A DNA stretch of 63,789 nt, filler included, from Chiloscyllium plagiosum (lineage: Eukaryota), in NCBI RefSeq assembly GCF_004010195.1. It is 5 parts of 5 records of this genome, joined end to end, with 100 filler letters (N's around TTAATTAATTAA, not from the genome) between each part and the next. Parts side by side here need not be neighbours in the genome. Positions count along the whole stretch, not along the records: positions 1 to 17,697 come from NW_025212804.1; 4 more parts are not named here. The stretch is one strand, 5' to 3'. The translations under genes were made by a program, and so were the position numbers. The notes under the pieces were generated by a model. The model had not been told where the DNA came from. It did not search any database and was given only the letters and a program-made list of their open reading frames with translations. Positions 1-12,109 of the stretch are shown piece after piece; the stretch's first letter is position 1, and each line of letters begins with the position of its first letter.

Positions 1-829
1 GCATTTTAACCCAGCAAGGCTGAGGGAACAGCAATATATTTCCAAGTCAGGATGCCAAGCTTTTCCGAGGGGAAATTTCAGCTCATAGTGTTCCCATGTG
101 TCTGCAGCTCTTGTTCTTCGAAATAGAAGTGGACGTTGGTTTGGAAGGAAACCAAAAGAAATGCGGATGCTGTACATCCGAGACAAAGATCGAAATCGCT
201 GGAAAAGCTCGGCAGGTCTGGCAGCATCTGTGAAGAGAGATTGGGTCAAGCACGAAGCGTTAACTCTGATTTCTCTCCCCAGATGCTGCCAGTCCTGCTG
301 AGCTTTTCCTGCGATTTCTATTTTTGTTCATGGGTTTGGAAGGTGCTATCCAAGGACCTTTGGTGAGTTTCTGCAGTGCATCTTATCAATAATATACACT
401 GCTGCCACTGAGCATCGGGAATGGTGAGAGTGGATGCTTTGAGAATATGATGCTAATCAAGCAGGTTGCTTGGCTCTGGATGGTATCAAGTTTTTTGAGT
501 GGATAAGAAAGACATAGACAGGAATGGATTAGAGGGATACGGGCCAAATGCAGGCAAATGAGACTTGTTCACTTCAGAAAACCTGGTCAGCATATAAAAG
601 TTTGGCTTAAGGGTTTGATTCTACGCTGTATGACTCTGTGACACTACCAATCTATGAATGTTGTTGGAGCTGCACCCATCCAGGTAAGTGGGGGGTATTC
701 AATCACACTCCTGACCTGGTTGACAGGCTTTGGGGGAATCAGGAGGTGAATTTCTCGATACAGTATTCCTAGTCTCTAACCTGCTCTTGTAACCACTGTG
801 CTTCTGTGATGAGTCCAGTTGTGTTTCTG

Positions 830-1900
830 GTCAATGATACCTCAAGAATGTTGACAGTGGGCGTTCAGTGATGGTAATAGCATTGACTGTCAAGGGGCGA
901 TGGTTAGATTGTCTCTTATTAGTGATGGTCATTGGCTGGCATTTACATGACACCGATGGAAAATACTCTTCTGAGATGAAACCTGGATGTTGTCCAGATA
1001 TTGTTGCTGAACATTGTGCAATCTTTGGCAATCATCCCCATTTATGAGCTGGCCTTTAGTTGCAATATCTGTTCAAAGTCTGTCCTATTTAGCATGGTGA
1101 TAGTACCACACAACACAATGGAGGGGATTCTCAATGTGAAGGTCAAACTTTGTTTCTACAAGGACTGTGTGATGGTCACTCTTACCAATACTGTCAAGGA
1201 CAGATGCATCTACAGCAACAAGATTGGTGAGGATGGGGTCAAGCATCTTTTTCCATCTTTTTGGTTCCTTCACCACCAGCTGCAGAGCCAGTCCCTCAGC
1301 TACGTCCATTAGGAACCAACCAGCTCGATCAGTAATGCTGCTGCCGAGCCACTCTCAGAGGTGGACATTGAAATCCCACACCCAGAGTACACTATCTGCT
1401 GTCACCACCCTCAGTGCTTCCTCCAAATGCTGTTCAACATGGAGGAGAGACTGATTCATCAGCCGAGGGAGCAAGATATCTTGTAATCACCAGAAGGTTT
1501 CCTCGCCCATGTTTAACTTGGTGTCATGAGTCTTCACGGGGTCCAGAGCCAACTTTGAGACTTCCCAGGGTAACTCCCTCCTGGCTGTAGACCACTGTAT
1601 CATCAGCTCTGCTGGGTCTGCCTTTCTGGTGGGACAGGACACATGCAGGGACAGTGATGGCGGTGTCTGGGACATTGTCTGTATGATACTGTGAGTAGGA
1701 CTGTGTCAGGCTGTTGCTTGACCAGTCTGTGAGACAGCTCTCCTGAATTTGGCACTAACCCCCTGATGTCAGTAAGGAGGATGGAGCAGGGTAGACAGGG
1801 CTGTTTCTGTCATTGTCTTTTCGGTGTCGAGATCGATGCCTGTGGTCCGTCCGGTCTCATTTCTTTGTTGAAACATTGTCATAACTGATACAACTGAGAG
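830..1900 (-). mobile_element. Degenerate non-LTR retrotransposon fragment (endonuclease region)
   Basis: ORF 1085..1309(-) contains DSIGKSDHHTVLV, an APE endonuclease SDH motif; related copy at ~45960-46490. Confidence 0.6.
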
Positions 1901-2842
1901 CCTTGCTCAGCCATTTCAGAGGGCAGTTAAGGGTCANNNNNNNNNNNNNNNNNNNNNNNNNNNNNNNNNNNNNNNNNNNNNNNNNNNNNNNNNNNNNNNN
2001 NNNNNNNNNNNNNNNNNNNNNNNNNNNNNNNNNNNNNNNNNNNNNNNNNNNNNNNNNNNNNNNNNNNNNNNNNNNNNNNNNNNNNNNNNNNNNNNNNNNN
2101 NNNNNNNNNNNNNNNNNNNNNNNNNNNNNNNNNNNNNNNNNNNNNNNNNNNNNNNNNNNNNNNNNNNNNNNNNNNNNNNNNNNNNNNNNNNNNNNNNNNN
2201 NNNNNNNNNNNNNNNNNNNNNNNNNNNNNNNNNNNNNNNNNNNNNNNNNNNNNNNNNNNNNNNNNNNNNNNNNNNNNNNNNNNNNNNNNNNNNNNNNNNN
2301 NNNNNNNNNNNNNNNNNNNNNNNNNNNNNNNNNNNNNNNNNNNNNNNNNNNNNNNNNNNNNNNNNNNNNNNNNNNNNNNNNNNNNNNNNNNNNNNNNNNN
2401 NNNNNNNNNNNNNNNNNNNNNNNNNNNNNNNNNNNNNNNNNNNNNNNNNNNNNNNNNNNNNNNNNNNNNNNNNNNNNNNNNNNNNNNNNNNNNNNNNNNN
2501 NNNNNNNNNNNNNNNNNNNNNNNNNNNNNNNNNNNNNNNNNNNNNNNNNNNNNNNNNNNNNNNNNNNNNNNNNNNNNNNNNNNNNNNNNNNNNNNNNNNN
2601 NNNNNNNNNNNNNNNNNNNNNNNNNNNNNNNNNNNNNNNNNNNNNNNNNNNNNNNNNNNNNNNNNNNNNNNNNNNNNNNNNNNNNNNNNNNNNNNNNNNN
2701 NNNNNNNNNNNNNNNNNNNNNNNNNNNNNNNNNNNNNNNNNNNNNNNNNNNNNNNNNNNNNNNNNNNNNNNNNNNNNNNNNNNNNNNNNNNNNNNNNNNN
2801 NNNNNNNNNNNNNNNNNNNNNNNNNNNNNNNNNNNNNNNNNN

Positions 2843-3085
2843 CAGTGTGGAGTTTGCACGTTCTCCCCGTGTCTGCGTGGGTTTCCTCCGGGTGCTCCGG
2901 TTTCCTCCCACAGTCCAAAGATGTGCAGGATCAGGTGAATTGGCCATGCTAAATTGCCCGTAGTGTTAGGTAAGGGGTAAATGTAGGGGTATGGGTGCGT
3001 TTCACTTCGGCGGGTCGGTGTGGACTTGTTCGGCCGAAGGGCCTGTTTCCACACTGTAATGTAAAGTAATCTAATCTAATCTAAT
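2843..3085 (+). mobile_element. HE1-like shark tRNA-derived SINE (5' part in gap)
   Basis: gtgtggagtttgcacgttctccccgtgtctgcgtgggtttcctccggg core and (aatct)n tail, shared with many copies in the window. Confidence 0.85.
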
Positions 3086-4050
3086 CACATCGAGGGTGAA
3101 TATCCAATGTGGCAGATGTGAGACAGAGAGAGAGGGACAAGTCCTGGTCACCACATTCTGGGAAGGATGTGATTGTACTTGAGAGGGTACAGGGGAGATT
3201 TCCCAGAATGCTGCCTGAATCTGAGCTTTGAGAAAAGGTTGGAAAGGTTGGGGTTGTTTTCCTTGGAGCAGATAAGATTATTCAGAGCAGTGATAGGGTG
3301 GGTAGGAAAGCACTTTTTGCATGAGACAAGGACTCAATAACCTGGGACAGAGATTGAAGGTAACACAGACATGGCCACGTAGAAACTGCTGCAGGAGTTG
3401 GCCATTCGGCCCTTTGAGCCTGCTCTGTCATTCAGTATGATCATGGCTGACCCTCTCTCTCAAAGCCATATTCCTGCTTTCTCTCTATTCCCTTCATGCT
3501 GTTAAAATGCAAACAACTATCTCTCTCTTTTTCTTGAATATATTCAGTTCCTTATCCTCCACAGCCTTCAGTGAAGAGAATTCCACAGGTTGACCACCCT
3601 CTAAGTGAAGAAATGTTTCCTTATCTCAGTCCAAAATGGACTACCCCGTATCTCCCTGAGACTGTGTCCCCTGGTTCCAGACACCCCATCCAGGGGAAAC
3701 CTCCTCCCTGCCCAGCCCTGTTAGAATTTTATACATCCATCTGAATTCGAGTGAGTCCAGGCCCAGTCGAGTTGGAGAGTGAGAGGAGAGTTGAGGAGAA
3801 CTGTTTTCACCCAGAGGGTGGTGGGAGTCTGGAACTCACTGCCTGAAAGGCTGGTTGAGTCACAAATTCTCGTGACAGTGGAGCAGTGTTTAGATATTCC
3901 CTTGTGTTGCTGTAGCCTCCAGGGTAATGGGCCAAGAGCTGGAGGTTGGGATTAGTGTCATCAGATCTTTGTTTAACATCACAGATATAATGGACCAAAT
4001 GGCCTCATTCACTGCTGTTCACATCAATCACTCTGAGACAGAGAGAGAGA

Positions 4051-4148
4051 AGAGGAAGTGCGAGGGACTGATGTGGCTCTCTCTGCCTGATGCCATTTAC
4101 ATACTGAGGAACACCCAGTCAGACTCTCACAGGCTGCAGATTTATAAA
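4051..4148 (+). promoter_or_regulatory. Ig kappa V1 promoter: PU.1/ETS site, octamer-like motif, TATA box
   Basis: AGAGGAAGTG 4051-4060; ATTTACAT 4095-4102 (1 mismatch to octamer ATTTGCAT); TTTATAAA 4141-4148; leader ATG at 4209. Confidence 0.7.
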
Positions 4149-4208
4149 GCAGAGCCCAGTGAAGGGAGAGTTTATCAGGAACCAGGCACAGGGACAGGAG
4201 CACACACC

Positions 4209-4257
4209 ATGATTTCACACATCCAGCTGATCTGGCCACTGGCATTCTGTGTCACAG
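4209..4257 (+). CDS. IGKV: Ig kappa V1 leader exon (MISHIQLIWPLAFCVT-G)
   Basis: 16 codons plus 1 nt, then GT donor at 4258; phase-1 intron 4258-4443 ends in a pyrimidine tract and CAG. Confidence 0.9.
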
Positions 4258-4443
4258 GTACAAATGTCTCTCCTTCCACCTTGAATCTTTCGCGGCTCTC
4301 CATTTCACTCCAATTCCACTGACTTGTGATTGAAGGGAAAATGCTGAAACCAGAGGAATGCTCAGTGTCTCCAACAATCTCTCATTTGACAGGCTCTTTC
4401 TGTGACAGTTCTGACTTCACTGTGTTTCTCTCTGACCCCTCAG

Positions 4444-4740
4444 GTATCAGTGGGGACATCATCATGACCCAGTCTCCCCCGGTGCTGTCAGTGGGACTGG
4501 GCCAGACCACAACCATCACCTGTAAGGCCAGTCAATCTGTGAGCAAGTGGGTTAGCTGGTTCCAGCAGCGAGAAGGACAGAAACCCTCTCCCCTGATCTA
4601 TCAAGCAACAAATCGATTCACAGGAGTCTCCGATCGATTCACCGGCAGTGGATCAGGGACCAGTTTCACCCTGACAATCAGCAACGTTCAGAATGAGGAT
4701 GTCGTTGACTCTTACTGTCAGCAGTATAACAGCTATCCCT
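4444..4740 (+). pseudogene. IGKV: Ig kappa (NS4-like) V1 exon; open frame but no RSS and no J, probable pseudogene
   Basis: [31 protein letters not shown]...WFQQ...[16 protein letters not shown]...[11 protein letters not shown]. Followed by AT and then J-C intron sequence instead of CACAGTG. DYYC is changed to DSYC and KPSLLIY to KPSPLIY. Confidence 0.9.
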
Positions 4741-4929
4741 ATGTTATTAACCCTGTCAATACTGAAACACACTTTCTAAAATACAGTTGCTGAATTGTTG
4801 AAGTTGTTAGTGGGGAGCTGCAGTGAATGAAATGGTTGATTGAGGAGCACTGTGTCTAACAGCGTGTCCAGCTGTATTTCTTTAGTTCCATTGCCCCCCG
4901 TTAAGCAGCAAGATATAATTCAGTAAGTT

Positions 4930-5160
4930 TTACTCACCGTGTGGAGGAGCTCTGTCCATTTGCAACCCATGGTCCCATTCCTGCAGCATGGAGTGAAATC
5001 AGTGAGTAGCCTCCTGCCAGTCTCAGTGTGACGGACACAGGCAGAGTTTGATGTGAGCTCTGGCTCCCTGTCCCAGTCCCTGATCTCACTGACCTCAGCA
5101 GCAGCACAGTGAGACACCGAGCTCCCACCTCCCCCAGCTTTAACTCTGCTCAATCATACA
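4930..5160 (+). promoter_or_regulatory. Conserved unique J-C intron block (candidate intronic enhancer)
   Basis: Near-identical at 30725-30975 and inverted at 39620-40245; contains ATTTGCA(A/G) at 4958 and an isolated CACAGTG at 5105-5111. Function is inferred. Confidence 0.4.
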
Positions 5161-5669
5161 ATCACAGAATTGTGACAGTGCACAAGGAGGCCATTCTGTC
5201 CATCCTGTGTGTCCTGGCTCTCTGAATGAGCAATTCACTGAGTGTCATTCTCCTGCCTTCTCCCTGTCACCCTGCACTTTGTTTCTTTTCGAATAACAGT
5301 CTCATTCCCTTTGGAATGTTTTAATTGAAGCTGCCTCCACCACACTCTCAGGCAGTGCATTCCACACCTTAACCACTCATTGGCTGAACATGTTGTTCCC
5401 CATCTCACTTTTGTTACTTTTCCCAATTACTTTCAATCTGTGGTCTCTGTCTCAATCCTTTCTCAATTGGGAACATTTTCTCCCTATTTACTATGTCCAG
5501 GCCCCTCCTGGTTTTAATTCCTCGAACAAATCTCCTTTCAGCCTTGCCAAAGAAGACAGTCCCAAATTCTCCTATCAAACTTCATAACTGATGTTCCTCA
5601 TCCCTGAAATGATCTTTGGGATTATTTTTTGCCATTTCTACAAAACGTCACCTTCTTCCTGAATTATTC

Positions 5670-7560
5670 ACATTTTCTATGTCCCTCATGATTTTATAAA
5701 CCTCTACAAGGTCACTCCTCAGACTCTTACGCATCAGAGTAAAAAGTCTCAGATTTTCCACCTCTCATAGTCCTGGAGTCATACAGCGTGGAAACAGACC
5801 TTTCAGTTCAACTTGTCCATGCTAACCAGATATCCTAAACTGACCTCATCCCATTTGCCAGCATTTGGCTTACATCCCTCTAAACCCTTCCTATCCATGT
5901 ACCTTTCCCAATGTGTTTTAAATGCTGTAATTGTATCTGCCTCCAACACTTTCTCTGGCAGCTCGATCCATACACATACCACCCTCTGTGTGACAAGTTA
6001 CCCCTCAGGTCCCTTTTGAATCTTTTGCCTCTCACCTTAAACCTATGCCATCTTGTTTTGGACTCCCTTTCCCAAGGAAAAGGCCTTAGATATGCACCCT
6101 GTCCATGCCCCTCATGGTTTTATACACATCTATAAGGCCATCCCTCAGCCTTGAATGCTGCAGGAAAAATAGCCCCAGTTTCTTCAGCCTTTCCCTGAGG
6201 CTCAACCCTTCCAATTCCTGGCCATGTCCTTATAAATCTTTTCTGCAGCTTTTTAAGTATAACAACATCTTTCCTATCACAGAATGATCAGAATTGTTCA
6301 CATTATTCCCAAAGTGGTCTCACCAATCTCCCATACAGCTGCACCATGATGTCCCAACTCCTGTACTCAATGCAGTGACCAATAAAGGCAAGTGTACCCA
6401 ACACCTTCTTCATTGCCCTGTCTCCCTGTGACCCCACTTTCAAGGAATAATGCACCTGCATCATCACCCCTAGGTCTCTGTGTTCAGCAACACTCCACAG
6501 GGCCCTCCCATTAACTGTATACGTCCTGCCCTGGTTTGCCTTTCCAAAATGCAACACCTCATATTTATCTAAACTTAACTCCACTTGCCACACCTCTGCC
6601 CATTGCCCCATATGATCAAGGTCCCACTGTACCCTGAGATGATTTTCTTCACTATCCACTGTCCCGCCAATTTTGATGTCATCTACAAACTTACTGTAAC
6701 TCTTATATTCACATCCAAATCATTTCTTTAAATGACAAAAGCAGTGGACCCAGCACCAATGCTTGTGGTAGATCTCCAGTCTGAAAAACAACCCTTTACC
6801 ACCACACTCTGTCTCCTATCTTCAATCCATTTTTTTACCCCAATGGCTCACTCCCTCTGGATCCCATGTGGTCTAACCTTACTGACCAGTCTATCATGTA
6901 GAACCTTGTCAAACACTTTACTGAAGTCCATATAGACAATGTTTACTGTTCTGCCTTCATCAATCTTCTTTGTCACCTCCTCAATCAAATTCAGGAGACA
7001 TGAATTCCTATGCATAGAACCACATTGATTATCCAAAGAATGTAAATCCTATCCCACAGAATCCACTCCAACATGTTACCCAGCACTGACATCAGGCTCA
7101 CTGGTCTATAGTTCCCTGGCTTTTCCTTACCGTCTTTCTCAAATAATGGCATAACATTGGCCAACCTATCTGGTTCTCCAGCACCTTACGCATGGTTGTC
7201 AGTGATACACATATCTCAGCAATGGGCCCAGCAATCTCTTCCCTAGTTTCCCACAATGTTCTGGGATACACATGATCAGGTCCTTGGGTTTATCTACCTT
7301 TATGTGTTTTAAGATCTTTTGTGTCTCCTCATTTGTGTGTGGTCTCTTTTCAAGTCATCACTATTTCTCCAAATTCCCTAGCTTCCTCCACAGTAAATAC
7401 TGACCTGAAATATTTGTTTGGGATCTCACCCATCTCTTGTGTCTTACCAAAATACAGCACTCACATTTATCTGAATTAAACTCCATCTGCCATTCCTCAG
7501 CCCACTGGCCCAGTTGGTCAAGATTCCATTGTATTCTTAGACAGCCTTCTTCGTTGCCAA
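5670..7560 (-). mobile_element. CR1 LINE ORF2/3' fragments
   Basis: ORFs 6303..6659(-) and 6848..7036(-) give CR1 RT motifs (YMDFSKVFDKV, LHFGKANQGRTYTVNG); paralogous to ~31480-33660. Confidence 0.85.
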
Positions 7561-7561
7561 T

Positions 7562-7880
7562 AATTAGATTAGATTCTCTACAGTGTGGAAACAGGCCCTT
7601 CAGCCCAACAAGTCCACACTGATCCTCCGAAGAGAACCCACCCAGACCCATTTCCCTCTCTGTAATGTATCTAACACTCTGGACAATTTGGCATGGACAA
7701 TTCACCTGACCTGCACATCTTTGTGACCATGGGAGGAAACCCACGCAGACATAGGGAGAATGTGCAAACTCCATTCACCTAAGGCTGGAATCGAACCTGG
7801 GACCCTGGTACTGTGAGGCTGCAGTGCTAACCACTGAGCCACCATGCTGCCCCACCGGAGCCACCACTGAGCCACCGATG
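7562..7880 (-). mobile_element. HE1-like SINE, diverged
   Basis: attagattag tail and reverse-complement SINE core; counterpart at 33680-33980. Confidence 0.75.
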
Positions 7881-8439
7881 CCTCCTGAAAATTCACCTGA
7901 ACACACTCTTGCAACTCTGGCCCCTCTCTGCCCATTACACTGCTGCTACTCCAAACTATATTCAGAAAGTAAAGACCCCCATTCTCATCATTCTCATCAG
8001 AATTCTGAACTGAATCCTAGTTGGAGAGTGGGATGCACTCAGGGGATTCCTGTAGTAGCTGCCTGGTCCTTTTGGACTGTCTTTGGTCCTTTGGTCCTTT
8101 CTCCCTGCATACTCTAAAGCTGCAGAGTGACCACATCTAGAAACGTGCTCTCCACGGAGCTCTCAGCCTCACGGACGCTCCGCACTGACACCAGCTGCTG
8201 CTCAAGCTCCGAAACCCGGAGCTCCAACTGCTGTCACTGACCACACTTCCTGTACTCGTGGTATTCCAGGAGCGAGGATACATTCTGAAGTTCCCACATG
8301 GATGCACACTCTTTCCATTCTTGGATTATCTCTTTGCAGAGTTCTGGTGACAAACAGCTACAGCAGGGCTCACAGTCCAGTGGGTTCAGTGTTCCAGGGT
8401 TTTGGGGAAACTCTAAAGAAGTCTTTAAGAAACAGGAGC

Positions 8440-10090
8440 AGAAATCAGCCATTCAGCCCATGGAATCTGCTCTGCCATTTGATCTTGGCAGATATGCTTC
8501 TCACCCCCATTCTCCTGCCTACTCCACAGGAACCTTCCACCCCCTTAACAATCACGAACCTATCTATCTCTGTCTTAAATACACTCAGTGACTTGGCCTC
8601 CACTGCTCTCTGTAACAATGAGTTCCACAGATTCCCCACCCTCTGGCTGAAGAAATTCCTCCTCATCTCAGCTCAACAGGGTTGGACCTTCATTCTGAGG
8701 CTGTGCCTTGGTTACCTTGTCTCTCCTGTTTTTGGAAACATCTTCTCTGCATCCACTCTATCCAGGCCTGTCAGCATTCTGTAAATTTCAAGAAGGTCCC
8801 TCCTCATCCTTCTAAACTCCATCGAGTACAGACCCAGAATCCTCAACCATGCCTCATATGACAAGCCCTTCATCCCCAGGATCATTCTTGTAAACCCCTT
8901 CAATGCCAGCACATTGTTTCATAGAATATGGGTCCCAAATCTGCTCACAATATTCCAAATTCAGTCTGACCAGAGCCTTACACAGCCTAAGGAGTACATC
9001 TCTGCCCTTGTATTCTAGCCATATTGAAATGAATGCTAACATTTCATTTGCCTTCCCAAGCACAAACTGGACCTGCCTGTTAACCTTAAGAGAAACCTGA
9101 CTGAGGTTTGTGCTTTAGATCTCCAAATGCTTTCCTTATTTAGAAAATACCTCCACACCCTGACTCCATTGATTCCTGAAAGATCATCACCAGTGTCCCC
9201 ATAATCTCCTCAGTGATATCCTTCAGAACACACTGGTGTAGTTCATCCAGTCTGGGTGAGTTATCCACATTCAGACCTTTCAGCTTCCCCAGTACCTCCT
9301 CCTTAGTGATGGCCACTACACTCCCCTCTGCCCCCTGACAGTCTTGAAGTACTGGGACATTGCTGGTGTTTTCCATTGTGCAGTCTGATGTAATGTATGG
9401 ATTCAATGCCTCGGCTTTTTCTTCATTTTCCTATTATTCTTTTTCCAATGTCTATTTCTACCTCCCTCTTCATTTTTATATGTCTGATGAAACTCTTGCA
9501 ATCTTCTTTTATATTACTTGTTCGCTTTCCCCCACATTTCACCTTCTGTCCCTGAATGTTTTTTTTTTAGTTATCCTCTACAGGTTTTTAAAGATTTCCT
9601 AACCCTCTGGCTTCCCACTATTCTCCACCACATTGTATGCCTTTTCCTTTTGCTTTTATGCTGTCCTTGACCTCCCCCATCAGCCATGGTTGCCTTGTCC
9701 TCCCCTTAGTCTGTTTCTTCTTTTTCAGGAGGAATTCCTGCTCTGCTTCCTGAATTACTCCCAGAAACTCTGCTGTTTGCTGCCCCACCATCTTACCTGC
9801 TCGGCTCCCCTTCCAATCAACTCTGGCCAGCTCCTTCCTCATGTCTTTGTACTTACCTTTACTCAATTGAAATACTGTTCCATCTGATTGCAGCTTCTCC
9901 CTCTCAAACTACAGTGGGAATTCTATCATATTATGGTCACTTATCCAGAGGGATACTTTCATCTTCAGCTCACTAACCAAGTTTGCCTCATTACACATTA
10001 CTGAATCCAAAACTGCCTGTTCCAAATGATCAACCACAAGCTGTTTCAAAAACCATCTTGTAGACAATCCATGAAATCCTTTTGTTGAGA
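8440..10090 (-). mobile_element. CR1 LINE ORF2 fragments
   Basis: RRNFFSQRVGNLWNSL, LEYCEQIWDPY, EVLGKLKGLNVDNSP motifs; paralogous to ~34530-36080. Confidence 0.85.
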
Positions 10091-10881
10091 TGCACTACCC
10101 AGTCCACCTATCCACTGAAGTCTGCCATAACATTTTGTATTTGGCTTTTCTGTCTCTAGTTCCCAACTTCGAGCTCAGCACTGTCTCCATAACTTGTCCT
10201 ACCGGCCTATCTTCTTTTCCACCTATCCACTCCACCCTCCCACCCCCTATTGTGCTCAACTATTGTACTCTATGCTACTTTCTCCCCACCCCCACCCTCC
10301 TCTCACTTTTCTCTCCACCCTTCAGGCTGTCTGCCTCTATTCCTGATGAAGGGCTTTTGNNNNNNNNNNNNNNNNNNNNNNNNNNNNNNNNNNNNNNNNN
10401 NNNNNNNNNNNNNNNNNNNNNNNNNNNNNNNNNNNNNNNNNNNNNNNNNNNNNNNNNNNNNNNNNNNNNNNNNNNNNNNNNNNNNNNNNNNNNNNNNNNN
10501 NNNNNNNNNNNNNNNNNNNNNNNNNNNNNNNNNNNNNNNNNNNNNNNNNNNNNNNNNNNNNNNNNNNNNNNNNNNNNNNNNNNNNNNNNNNNNNNNNNNN
10601 NNNNNNNNNNNNNNNNNNNNNNNNNNNNNNNNNNNNNNNNNNNNNNNNNNNNNNNNNNNNNNNNNNNNNNNNNNNNNNNNNNNNNNNNNNNNNNNNNNNN
10701 NNNNNNNNNNNNNNNNNNNNNNNNNNNNNNNNNNNNNNNNNNNNNNNNNNNNNNNNNNNNNNNNNNNNNNNNNNNNNNNNNNNNNNNNNNNNNNNNNNNN
10801 NNNNNNNNNNNNNNNNNNNNNNNNNNNNNNNNNNNNNNNNNNNNNNNNNNNNNNNNNNNNNNNNNNNNNNNNNNNNNNNNN

Positions 10882-11519
10882 GGTTGTTGTGGTTTGGCGG
10901 TGGTTGAGTCCAATGACCTGCATATCCTCGGTGGAGTGGGAGGGGGAGTTGAAATGCTGTGCCACAGGTTGGTTGGGTTGGTTCGTCCGGGTGGCCCAGA
11001 GGTGCTCTCTGAATCGCTCCGCAAGTAGGTGGCCTGTCTCCCCAATATAGAGGAGGCCACACCGGCTGCAGCGGATGCAGTAGATGATGTGGGTGGAGGT
11101 GCAGGTGAATCTGTGGCGGATATGGAAGTTTCCTTTGGGGCCTTGGAGAGAAGTGAGGGGGGAGGTGTGGGCGCAAGTGTTGCACCTCCTGCGGTTGCAA
11201 GGGAAGGTGCCGGGAGTGGAGGTTGGGTCGGTGGGGGGTGTGGATCTGACAAGGGAGTCGCGGAGGGAGTGGTCTCTACGGAAAGCTGATAGGGGAGGGG
11301 AGGGAAATATATCCTTGGTGCTGGGGTCTGTTTGGAGGTGGCGGAAGTGACGGCGGATGATGCGCTGTACATGGAGATTGGTGGGGTGGTAGGTGAGGAC
11401 CAGTGGGGTTCTGTCCTGGTGGCGGTTGGAGGGGCGGGGCTCAAGGGCGGAGGAGCAGGAAGTGGAGGAGATGCGGTGGAGGGCACCGTCGACCACGTCG
11501 GGGGGGAAATCGTTCCCCT
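10882..11519 (-). mobile_element. Penelope-like element, GIY-YIG endonuclease region (5'-truncated)
   Basis: ORF 10303..11496(-): PLVLTYHP...FPCNRRRCNTC...IIYCIRCSRCGLLYIGETG...RFREH...VAQHFN. Absent from the matching position of cluster 2 (~36630). Confidence 0.9.
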
Positions 11520-12109
11520 CTGCTCATCTGACTGTCCTTTTGATAGGACATGGATCCTTGGATATTTAGTTCCTAGCCCGGATCCCCTTACAGCCATCTC
11601 TCTGTGATACCCACAACATCGTACCTGCCAGTTTCAATCTGCACTACACTCTCATTGTGTATACTGTGTGCATTTAAGTACAACACCCTCAGTCCTGCAT
11701 TGACTGCCCTCCTTCCCATCATTGTCCACTTATCTGCTGTGCTTTACGTTCGATACCTGATCCTTTCCACACTCTGTCCTTTTACATCTTCTAGAATCTC
11801 GAATAATCTCTCCTGAGCCCTCTTCCACTTTAACTAGTTTAAATTCCTTGGAAACTCAATTTACCTTGATTTATGACATCATTTTTCTACCTCACTCGGA
11901 ATGCTTCGTGCATTCAGACACAAAGTCTTTTAAGTTTGATCTCCTATTGATTTCCCTGCACTTTTATGATCCCTTTGATATTCAAAAATTCCATCCCTTC
12001 CTTTTATTTTCTGGTCACAATCAATCCTATCACTAACCAGCAATCCTACCTTCTCCTTTACCTTCCATTTTCTCATTTTCCATCCAACTGAACCAAATTC
12101 CTTTCTCTT

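Noticed and set aside
1857-3054. Long ORFs of 200-440 aa in the ORF track (also 10090-11050, 21843-22735, 26715-27861, 52842-53880)
   Set aside because: They are long only because they run through N gaps.
4326-4443. N-terminal extension of ORF 4326..4793 (and of 41105..41467) as coding sequence
   Set aside because: It is read-through of the leader-V intron; the real N-terminus is the spliced leader at 4209-4257.
4920-5153. Minus-strand ORF MSRVKAGGGG... conserved in three clusters
   Set aside because: Non-ATG start, no recognisable domain, and conservation is explained by cluster duplication.
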